Shown here piece by piece: positions 52,997-64,000 of a stretch of 64,000 nucleotides of DNA. Location of the stretch: the NCBI RefSeq assembly GCF_009914755.1, contig NC_060931.1; one strand, given 5' to 3'. Source of the DNA: the human T2T-CHM13v2.0 reference genome, Homo sapiens. Under the pieces are notes generated by a model that was given only the letters and a program-made list of their open reading frames with translations, was not told where the DNA came from and searched no databases. A program made the translations under genes and the position numbers. How positions within the stretch are numbered: position 1 is the stretch's first letter; each line of letters opens with the position of its first letter.

Positions 52997-53558
52997 ACAT
53001 CCAAGCAAAAGGGCACCAAATCAGTTCAGCTGATGTATGATAAGAAAAGTAGGAAGATGAGAATAATGTCAGCTCATGCTGAGCACATTCTATTCACCCC
53101 TCATCAATGACCAGGTGCCACCTGCTCCTTCCCCAAAGTTCAGCTATGTCTCCCTATCAAGTGATTCCTCCATTCTGCTTTGAAGGGCTAGCTTCAAAGT
53201 AGATGAAGAATCAAAAAGATTTATTTTGCATAGCTCCAAGAAGGAGAGAGAGCATCAATGGCCCAGATCAAAATTTAGCTTAGGAAGAATTATCTGAGAG
53301 CTATGGTCAAAATCTCTTTCTGCTGGGGGAGGAAGTAAGGTGTCAGTGAGGGTCTGGTCCAGCTGGGACAGATTGAGGAAATTGCTCCACCAAAACTGAG
53401 TAAGAGTGAAATCCAGAAACCATGAAGAACAGAGAATCAATCATGAACCTAATCTGGTAAGATAGAGAGTGGAGTTGCCCCATTGGAATGGCTAGAAGCA
53501 GGTGTCAGGAGGTGGGGACCTGACTCAGGTATAGACAGTGCTGGTGATGACTTAGGAA

Positions 53559-53689
53559 CAAGATCAGCTACCTAATTTGTGAAGCCCAGTGCAAAATGCA
53601 AATGCAGTTGCTTGTTAAAAACTTGAGAATTTCAAGACTGCAACAGCAGAGTATTAAGTCACGCAGAGGGCCCTTTGAAACTGGCCTGG
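53559..53689 (-). mobile_element. MER45A hAT-Tip100 MITE (internally deleted)
   Basis: 'gctacctaatttgtgaagcccagtgcaaaatg...gaatttcaagactgcaacagcagagtattaa'. 8-bp near-TSD cttaggaa/cataggaa. Confidence 0.82.
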
Positions 53690-54399
53690 CATAGGAATGG
53701 GTGATCACCAGGAAGGAGAGGAGTGTTCCTGGGTTTATCATTTTTGGGTGGTTCTTACTTGCTCATGGACTCACTGATGAGTAGTGTGGAGACATGGACT
53801 GCATTTAAATGACAATGATAAGTAAAAAGAAGATGGAAATTTTCAAAATGGAATTGGAAAGTAATGTTACAGGACATGTTCAAATATAAGCTGCATGTTA
53901 CAGAGAGAATTCAAGCATTGAGTAGGTATTTAGACTCGAAGACCTTTAAGATCCTTCTCAACTCAGAATCTAGAATTGTATGCTTGGATTGGAGGGGCTA
54001 AACGTGATTTAAAAGTATTCTGTAGACTCCATAGTCTACAGGTTCTGGAAGGCCTGAGTTTTTCATATATTCCCAATTACAATTGTTTTAATTCTCACAT
54101 ATATTATAATCTTACTTGTTGGCCAGTTCTATCTTAGAAGCACACATACTGTAACACAGTATTTTCCCTGCTGACCTGCTTAGCAGGGAAATCATTGCTC
54201 AGCAGGTAGATTTTAAGGCAATAGTCCCAGAGACCTTTTGGATATTCTTTTTCATCTCTAAATATAAGAAATAGGAATAGAATATTAGATCTTATCCTCT
54301 GTTCAGCTGAGTTCAAGTCTCCTTTCTCTTCTTCCATACAAACATTCATACAACATGGAGAGCTCATTTTCTTAACTGCTTATCTCCTCATGTTACTGT

Positions 54400-55178
<779 letters not shown>

Positions 55179-55259
55179 TCTTCCATACTTTTAATCCGTT
55201 AAGTCATGGTGAATATTGAACTCATTAATCAGTTGTGAAGAATGTTGTGATTACTAATT

Positions 55260-55435
55260 CAAATTTTGGAGTATGTAGACATGGATTGGAATTCTAGCAC
55301 TAATATACCAGTCTCTTTTAACTATTAAGCTCAGGGCCTTCCTCCACTAAATGGAGATAATAAAATGCCCTACTCTTTGAGATTACTATGAAGACTGAAT
55401 GAGATGATGCACTTAAAGTTCCAAGCACAATAACT
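55260..55435 (+). mobile_element. MIR
   Basis: 'taaatggagataataaaatgccctact...gactgaatgagatgatgcacttaaag'. Confidence 0.7.
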
Positions 55436-56719
55436 GTCCCCTGTTATTGAGATTGGCCTTGAGTCAACACAGGATAGACAAGCAAGCATGTCTGGAGAGG
55501 TGTGAACATTTGAAATAAGAATCACTTCATGAGGCTAAAACAATATCTTGTCCGAAGCACAATCAAAATAAATTATCAATGAAAAAATAACATGATGTAA
55601 AAGGAATTAAATGAGATACACCTGAATATTTTCTGAAACCATTACTATGGCACAGCTGTACAGCAATATCTACATCCTCTCAACCCACAGAATTCACCTG
55701 AAGTGGAAAGTAAAAGGGAAACTCGTTCTAGGATCCATTATTATTTATCATGGCACAATGAGTAAAATGAACAGATGGCCAATTATTTCTGCAACTGTAA
55801 TAAATGAAGTGTTTTTATGGGAAGGGGGGAGCCTAGATCAACTACCTTGCTTATATACTGATGGGAAGGCCGAAGGAAAACTTTGACATACAGAGGTCAG
55901 AATCAACCAACATCTGCAAACTGTTGCTGGTTCACATAAATATTATCATTTTTCTTTTGCAATAATTTCTGTTTACTGATTTACCAGTACATCTGTGCTT
56001 TAAGCAAAGGTTTAATTCTTTCCTGCCAATCATTTCTTCCTAATTGAGTTTTGTGAGTTAAATGAGATAATGCACGTGAAAAAGAGCTTTGCAAGGTGTA
56101 AACGGATGCACCTGCTGGCTAATTTAGTTTAAGTTGAATTGTGCAAGGATTTAAACATGCTTATCTGTTCCATTACAGCAAAATGTGATATGTCAAACCT
56201 GGAATTAAAACTTGATGACAAAAATCAAGGAAAATGAGCAGCTGGTTGGGGAGCTGGGAGCGGGGGAATAGCCTTTCCTTCCAGAACCACTCATTGAGGG
56301 GATGGCGATTAAAACAAAGAAGCGGGCAATTCAAGGGAAAGTGTTCTTTGGGTGTGTTTTATTCTCCCAAGTATGTTTCTGTCTGAAAGAGTTACCAACT
56401 GCACTTTATTTCAATTGAATTAAAAGAGAATATAACTTGCTACTCATATACCAGAGAGTTTATATTGTTTCTGCAGTTTCAAATTTTTGTGTGTGTGTGA
56501 AGGTCTAAGTCTTAAAACAGTCATAAGATTTATTTACCAAAATGTAACCTATGCTCAGGACACCATTTCTCCTCATTTTTTTCTGGTCTCTCACCAGCAC
56601 TTTCCATGATCTATCATAGAGAGTGTGTAGTCCCTAGAGATGTGGCATGGGAGAAAAAATATTTTAAAACTTTTTCCCCTCTTGTGGTGCCGTTAGAAGA
56701 GTAGAGAAGAGCCAACGAT

Positions 56720-56920
56720 GGGGCTAAGAGCATGGGCAGTGATCACTACTATTTTTGGCTCTGTGATCATGGGCAATTCAGGCTTCTGATCCACTAAAGA
56801 TGGAATCACAATAGTACCTACCTCATGGGGATGTTTTCAGCATTAAGCAAGGTAATTCATAAAGATAATTTAGCTCTGTGCTTGATTGTGTTCCCTTAAT
56901 ATTAGCCATTATTATAATCA
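56720..56920 (+). mobile_element. MIR
   Basis: 'ctgtgatcatgggcaa...caatagtacctacctcatgggg...attagccattatt'. Confidence 0.75.
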
Positions 56921-58899
56921 CTGGGTGGTAAGGAAGACCATTGTGTGGCTGAGATAAATGGAGGACGTAGGGAGAGGTGCAGACATAATTGTCAGCTGGT
57001 GCAAAGAAAGGACAAAAAACTCATCAATTTAAACAAATTCAAATTTTGGGAAAATTGAATGTCAGGTCTAAGTTTTTTGTAATTATAAAAGAAGCTAATG
57101 CTAAAAAAAAAAAATCCCCAAAACAATGTTATGGAAAAGATTATAGGGAGACTGATTAAGCCAGTAGGAAAAAAAATACTGTATTTAAGGATATTAGAAG
57201 AATTCATCATCATGGAACATGCTCATTAAATACTAGTTGTATCTGTTTGATAATGTAGCCTAAGATCTCTACTTAGTAAAACAGCCAGGTTCACTTTACT
57301 GTGTACATTTAAGAAAGACAAAATTGCCTTTTTAGAACTTCAGTCTAGGGTATCTTTTGCACTAAATGCACTAAATTCAGAGATTTTAATGATAGTTTCC
57401 TGTAAATGTGCCATCTTGTACAGCTGAAGTATGAAAAACAGCATTCATACTGTTTTGAACCCTTTTCACATAAAAAGCTTGGCACAGATCCTCAAAAACC
57501 TCTTAAATAATACTGTCAGTGACCACACTGTCAGCATGAATCCTTATTAAGTAATTTTCACAAAGTCCGTCCTATCCTATCTGTGCAAATAATTTTCAAA
57601 TATATTTAGGATCATGGATATTAGTTGAGCCAACAAAGCAAATTAACACCACCCCCACCATTACAAGAAAACGGGCACCCATCTTTGTGTCAGATTAGTC
57701 ACGTTGCATGCCAGAAAAACATAATCAGATCTGGCTTGGCCTTCCGTTTTATCTTCTGTCCATGTCGGCAAACCCTTCAGGAATCATGGAAATGTGCCAC
57801 TCTGAAACATATTAATTAGCCTGCTTGCCCAGAGTGAGTGCTCTGGCTTAATGCCTACGTTTTGGTGCTGCATATATTCCAAAGAGAGTAGTAACACAAA
57901 GTGAAATCAGGCCCAGACCAAGGGATTACAGTTGCTCAGGCAGGGATGAAGGTTACCCAGGCCTCGGCTGTGGTGCTAAGTGCCCTGTGGTCCCTCATTG
58001 AAACAGAGGCAAAAGACCAGGAATGTCATTACTTCTCAGCTCCCCTGGCTTTGGGACATAACAGTTACAGTACTCAATTTGGGAAATCTCTTTACTCCCA
58101 CTGTGAAAATATGTCCCCTTTTGCTACCATAAATATTTGTTCAAGGCTTTCCAAAGTAAAGTTGAGGATTACAAAGTTTCTTTCATAACATAGGGACCTT
58201 TTATCCCTTAGACAGTTTCTTTGAACTGTAAGACAAATTTGAAACAGAATAAAGGAGGAGGTAGATGAAATAGACACAGAAAAGATATCAGGGATTAGTC
58301 AGCCATATAACCAGTGCTTGAATATAATTTTAAACTCCTTGATCTTAGATATTAGATGCAAAGGAGCATTATCTGGCTTTTTATCCCTTTCCTTTTCTTC
58401 TTCAAAATGTAGTTCTCCCTTGCAGGACATAATTTTTGCCTGGATTATTTCAGGGCCAGAAAAAAATAAACTTTATACAGGTAGTTCAGAGATAGAATAT
58501 GTGAGCATGGTGTAGGGAGAAGACCAAAATTAAGACCTTAAGGATGAATCTTTAAGTTTTTTGGCTTACCTCATGTCACACATAATGTATTATTTACAGT
58601 TGCCATATCATTTACATGAAAATGCAGTTCCTCAGGAGATTTGTAGGTAAACTTTAATAATTTAATGTATCTAAACACTATATACTTAGACTATTCTCAG
58701 AATTAAATAATTGCAACAAAGACAGGGAAAGTTACTCCTAGAATAGTTCCATGCATTTCAGCCAGTTGGTTTGCACAACTCCTACTAAGTTGTCAAAATA
58801 CATGGTGACCAATGCAGGAGCCACTTTCATGGTCAGAGCCCTGCACACTTGGTGAGATATATCAAGTTTATTAGTGTATGGACAAGAAGCCTTAAATCT

Positions 58900-59200
58900 T
58901 ATAGCCAAGAGGCTAGGTTCAACCTATAAATGTGTTTGTTCAACCTGTACACTGTTAAACATTATTTGATGCATTTAAAAAGTGAGAGATTTCACACAAA
59001 ATCTGTATTTCTGGCTTCTCCTAAAAAGTTGGGTGATCTGTCATTCTTGGGGCTATAGTTCACATGGAAAAATCTGCAAAAAACTCAATAATATACTCTT
59101 TTGGTATGCCACATCCCCCATAACTTCCTATGCTATTACATCTAGCCCAAGGCACTCACTGCAAATGCTCCATAAATAGATGAAAAATGAACTTCTAGAT
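58900..59200. mobile_element. MER103C-like hAT fragment
   Basis: 'gagatttcacacaaaatctgtatttctggcttctcctaaaaagttgggtgatctg'. Confidence 0.6.
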
Positions 59201-59931
59201 AAATTTCTTATTTTGTAGGTAGTGTGAATTGTTTTCCACATTTCTTAGCCTGGCTTAACAGCCATACACATAAACACAAACACACAACATAGTTAAAAGG
59301 GCAGGTATGATTGCGAGTATGGAAATGATAACTAAAAGATGGCTCTACCAGTAAGCCAGTTGCATGTTTTGGAAAATTTTCTGTGCTCTTTCCACGTCTA
59401 AGAAACTATCTGTAAAATATTGAATGAGCTTAGATAGCTTCCTAGCTTCCCTCCCAATTTAGTGTTTTCGCTTTATCAAGAGGAAAACTTATTTTCTATT
59501 TTAGTGATTCAATTTGATTGTCTTCACTATTAAAATTAATTGGATCATATAATTAAACTGAAAACAAAATTAAGAGTCTAGCTTCTCATTTTATAGATAG
59601 GAAAAACTGAAGAGATCATGCAAATAAATAACAAAAAACGCATTAAACACAAGCAGGAGGTATGTTCAAAAAGCTACATTAAAACAGAGAAGGGAAGAGA
59701 CATTATTTTATCAAAAGTATCATTTTCTCCAACCTGCTGTTTTATCCATGGGAGGGTATTTCATGAGCAACATGGCTGGGATGAGACTTAAAAATGACCT
59801 TACCCAGACCATTGACCCAATTATCCAATCTGGAACCTTACTTAGTATTCCCCAAACTTTTATTATAATAAGCCTTGTATTACTTGGGTATATAGCTTTC
59901 TTTTCTAGCACACAGTAAAAAAAAAAAAAAT

Positions 59932-60184
59932 TAATGAGATAAAATCTCATTCTGTTGCCCAGGTTGGAGTGCATTGGCACGATCACGACTCACTACAGCT
60001 TCAAACTCCTGGCTCAGATGATCCTCTCATCTCAGTCTCCCAAGTAGCTGAGACTACAGGCATGTGCCACCACCTCTAACTAATTTTCCCATTTTTTTCT
60101 AGAGAATGGAATTTTGCCATGTTGCCAACGCTGGTCTGAAATTCTTGGGCTGAAGCATTTTGCCTGCCTTGGCCTCCCAAAATG
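59932..60184 (-). mobile_element. AluJ (5'-truncated)
   Basis: 'gatcacgactcactacagcttcaaactcctggctcagatgatcctc' carries AluJ diagnostics. Confidence 0.88.
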
Positions 60185-60211
60185 AATAAACTTTTAAGAG
60201 CAAGAATCACC

Positions 60212-60450
60212 CTTCTTCTTTTTTTCTCTCTTTCTTTTTGTATGTATGTATTTATGTATGTATGTATGTATGTATTTACTTATTTAAGACAAGGTCTCAC
60301 TCTGTTGCCCAGGCTGGAATGCAGTGGTGCAATCAGGCTTATTGCAGCCTTGACCTCCCAGGCTCAAGTGATCCTCCTGCCTCAGCCTCCCAGGTAGCTG
60401 GGACTACAGGCACACATCACCATGCCCAGCTAATACCCTTCTTTTTATTT
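60212..60450 (-). mobile_element. AluJ right arm/FRAM with a (TATG)n tail
   Basis: 'agacaaggtctcactctgttgcccaggctgg...gcagccttgacctcccaggctcaagtgatcctcc'. (TATG)n at about 60239-60275. Confidence 0.88.
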
Positions 60451-60719
60451 CCCAATTCGAGGCTACATTTTTAGCTTTGCACAAACTAGGTATTCAGTAA
60501 ATATTTGCTAAATCTGAAGAGAAACTTCCAGATCGATAAACCATAAGGACATTTTGATTTGGTCCAAATAATTAATAATGTGATACCATCATGGGCTTGA
60601 GAATCAAAAACATAGTTTTGTCTTGAGTAATATATCCCATTTTGCTGCACAGCAGTTCAGCTAAGTAAATCTTCACTATGCATCTCCTATGTGCAAAATA
60701 TGTGTTAAATATTATGGGG

Positions 60720-60889
60720 CAAAATTTCCTAAGCCCGACTGGATCGTTAGCATTACCTAAAGAGGTTTTAAAAACATAGATTCTAAAGCCACACCTCTAG
60801 AGATTCTGATATACCTAGGCTTGGGGACTCTACGTGTGTTTTTAAGTTCCCCAGCTGATTCTGACCATTACTAGGTTTAGGAAATATTG
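60720..60889. mobile_element. MER5-type hAT MITE
   Basis: 'aaacatagattctaaagccacacctctagagattctgat...aagttccccagctgattctga'. Confidence 0.7.
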
Positions 60890-61579
60890 CTTATGTAATA
60901 TATAGGTAAAGAATATAATTGCTAATTACACACTTCATTCTGAGTTATGTGATCTAAATTTCACGACCTTAGCCACTTCCTTTCAGAGGAGAGTAAATAG
61001 AAGTTGCTAATCTCTTAAAACCATCTACAAATTTATTAGTGTCTGAAGTTTGGAATATGTGAGTAAAAAAAATAAGAAAAATTAAGTTACATAAAATGTT
61101 AAATATTGTCTGTCTCTGTGGGGAGAGAAACTACTATTTTTTCCTCATTAAGATAATTCAGGAATATTAGCAGTAGCAATGGAAGGGGCCTGCTACCTTA
61201 TCCCTTGACAAAAATACACTATTACCATGGTAACCACTGAGATGGGACAAGATGTCTCCTTAGAGGCAGAGAATAGAACCAAGCATCAGTTGAGGAAAAA
61301 AGTCCTAACTACCAACAAATGATACTCTTAGCTATATTTGTATAAACGCAGATTGTTTTAGGTAAGGCTTCTAAAATAATTTCAAACACATTACTATGCC
61401 CCCACAAACAAATGCAGGGGCATAGTGGCTCCCGACATTAACTACCTATATGTGGGTTTTGTGTATTCACACTAACCAATTTGAATATTTCTATTAAATC
61501 ACCTGGTCCAGAAAATCAAACCAGTTTTGTCATGTAAAACAAAATCAGAAAGAAAGCAGATGCAGTGCTTTTTTTTTTC

Positions 61580-61815
61580 TAATAATGATAATAAAAAAGA
61601 CAACTTCCATTTAATGGGGACTTACTGTACCAAATATTTTATACGTATTATGTCATTCATTCATTTCTCATAGCAGCACCACAAAGTAGATATTATCTTT
61701 ATTGTCTCATCTTATAGAAAAGGAAACTTTGTTTTAGAGAGGTTAGGTAATTTACCCACCATCATAGAGCTAGCAAATAGTGGAGCTAAGAGGAAATCTT
61801 TCTGACGCTGACTCT
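61580..61815 (-). mobile_element. MIR
   Basis: 'ctcatcttatagaaaaggaaact...agaggttaggtaatttaccc...agctagcaaatagtggagc'. Confidence 0.75.
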
Positions 61816-62920
61816 TAGAATCTCATCTTCCAAAATAAAAACACATAGTTTGTACCACAAGATATATGAACACTGGTCTTTATAGCCCAGTGTTCTCTCT
61901 CAAAGGATATTAGAATTTCTTTGTGGAAGAACGTGGTTGTTCCTCTGCATTGCACCACATTGTCCTCAAAGGTTTGTGCTATACAATCTTGTCAGTTCTT
62001 TAATCTACTCTTAAATTTATGTAATTTATTGATTATTCTCAGGTATACAGTCATGTAATAAGCACTGGTGTACCAACCAAGTGCCAGGCACTATACTTGC
62101 TACTGGGCATGTAAAGGCATAAGGCGGCTTCTGAACGAAAACAGCTCATAATCTAGTGATAAAGACAGAAGCATGTAGATAATCTTAATATAATGTAATG
62201 TAATGGAGTTGCACAATAGAAAGAGGAGTTTGCAAAGGTGAAGATGGACAGAGAAGCCCTCACAGAAGTGATGCTTTGAATTGGGTCTAGTAATGAGTAG
62301 GATTGGGCAGCAAGATGGGAGGATGGCACTTTAAGCTGAAGGAACAACACTTATATACAGGAATGCAGTCAGAAAATGCTTGATATTGGGAGTCTGCATC
62401 CCAAACTTTGTCTAAATTCTAAATCCTATTGGACTCTAGTGGGCAATAGGAGAAGAGGGAAAAGTGAGATTGAAGAAGTCAGTAGCAGCCATGGGTTTAT
62501 ACACTATTGTTTCAACAACCATTTATTTACTTGACAATAAGTGCCTGGGACTGTGTCAAGTACTTTACATAAATTGTTCTATGAGGGAGTTTACAGTTGA
62601 AATTGCAGCTCAGAGAGATGAAGTATTTTTGCCTATGTCACATAGCTTGGATATAGGTAGAATTTGAATGCAGATCTGGTTGGTCTTCAAGCATGCATTT
62701 CTCTTCTCTATATCACATATAGGTGTTTGGAGATTATTTCCCTATAAGCAATAAGAAGCCATTTGAGAATTTCACACTCCCATGTCATATGATCAGATTT
62801 GCATTTTGGAAGGATTTCTTTGGCAACAATGTAGAGGATGAACTGAGAGTGATACAGGACTAAGAAGCCAATTAGGAACTTAACTACAATGGTTCAGATG
62901 GGGAAAAAAAACACCTAGGT

Positions 62921-63174
62921 TAGTAGTTCTCATAGTCAGCTGTTCATTGGAATCACCTGGGAAATATTTAAAACTGCAGTGGTCCTTAGGTATCCATGTG
63001 ATAATAGTTCCAGGATGTGGACCCTGAGTGCAGACACAGAGGGCTGAGTGAATATAATGCCTGGATACCACACTTAGAGATTCTCTTTTAATTGGTTTGG
63101 AGTGTGATTTGGCCATTAGGATTTTTAAAGCTCCCCAGGTGATTATATTATGCAGCTAGGGTTGAGAACCATTG
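62921..63174. mobile_element. MER5B hAT MITE with an internal insertion
   Basis: 'tagtagttctca...ggaatcacctgggaa' and 'aaagctccccaggtgattatattatgcagctagggttgagaaccattg'. Confidence 0.8.
62977..63050. mobile_element. Ends-only MER2-like Tigger remnant
   Basis: 5' end cagtggtccttaggtatccatg...gttccagga fused to 3' end ggatgtggaccc...cagagggctgagtg. Confidence 0.55.
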
Positions 63175-63880
63175 GTCTTGGCCAAGTCAATGGGGACAGA
63201 AATAAAGAGATAAGCTTGAGTATTATTTAGAAATTAGGCTCAACAGGACTTAGGGTCAACAAGACTTGGTGGTTGATTGGATATGTGGGTGGTGGTGATG
63301 GGGGTGAAGCTAGGGGTGAGGAAAGCTTGAAATAAATCCTAGGTTTCTCATTTAGAGGACTGGGAAATTAGTGGCACCATTAGCCAGGATAAAAAATACA
63401 AGAGTAAGAGAAGATTTATAAACTCTGGAAGTAATAGACCATAGAATAGAATAGATATGTTATATATAACAACAAATTTTGAAAATATTTGTAACAGACC
63501 CAGATTTTTTTTATCAAAGTGAGAAAATATAATTTTTAAATCTTTTGAAACTGAATTCTACCCTGCTCTCCTCTCTCTGGTGTTGACAACCTCATTTACC
63601 TTCTCTCTGGGCAGCCTCACCATTTCTGCAGCTATAAAGATGAAGGAGAGTGGGCCAATGATGGTGGTGGGCTATCACAACTGCTACAACCCCAACAACT
63701 TCAATTCAAGTCACAAGCACTACTAAGGGAGTGAGCGCCACTTGTCTCCTATGTGAAGGACCAGTCCTAGTGATAATGCTGACCGCAGTTAAAGAGAGAG
63801 CAACTACCTGAATCAGCTAACACTGAGTTATTTACATCTACAAACAACTGGGTCAACAGGAGAAACAACAGCCCTTAATA

Positions 63881-64000
63881 CAGTGGTTCTCATCTTGGCT
63901 GCATGTTGAAATCACCTAGAAAGCTTTAAAATGTAGTGATGCCTAGGTTTCATTACCAGGGTCTCTCATTTTGTCTGTGGTGCAAACTGGACATTGTGAT
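63881..64000. mobile_element. MER5B-like element (runs off the window edge)
   Basis: 'cagtggttctcatcttggctgcatgttgaaatcacctagaaagctttaaaa'. Confidence 0.75.

Larger units (their letters stand above)
62020..63420 (-). mobile_element. L2 fragments interrupted by MIR (about 62520-62710) and MER5B
   Basis: 'gtgccaggcactatacttgctactggg', 'atgatcagatttgcattttggaaggatttctttggc' and 'gacttggtggttgattggatatg'. Confidence 0.7.

Noticed and set aside
54020-54207. Small hairpins (9-bp stem at 54020-54041; 10-bp stem at 54163-54191)
   Set aside because: Stems this long occur at about chance frequency in 64 kb, and no RNA-gene features accompany them.

Overview
Primate genomic DNA, most likely human or another ape (Alu S/J, L1PA3, THE1A and MST elements are present). 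It is AT-rich and CpG-depleted with no CpG island. I see no protein-coding gene, RNA gene or CRISPR array. The long ORFs are LINE-1 ORF1/ORF2 remnants, THE1-internal or Alu-overlapping frames, or chance ORFs. The window is mostly layered transposon fossils: a 5'-inverted (twin-primed) L1PA3, a near full-length dead L1PB1, a complete two-LTR THE1A, several solo MaLR/ERVL LTRs, Alus, L2/MIR and hAT/Tigger MITEs, with repeat-poor stretches that may hold enhancers. I found no convincing new biological system. The best leads are a palindromic MER53 with a one-mismatch copy of mature miR-1302, a perfect 44-bp tandem duplication with YY1-like sites, a template-switch palindrome scar, a 74-bp mini-MER2 in a three-layer nest, and a few TF-motif clusters. 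Family names come from my recall of consensus sequences. Boundaries of old elements are approximate, and I cannot identify the locus.
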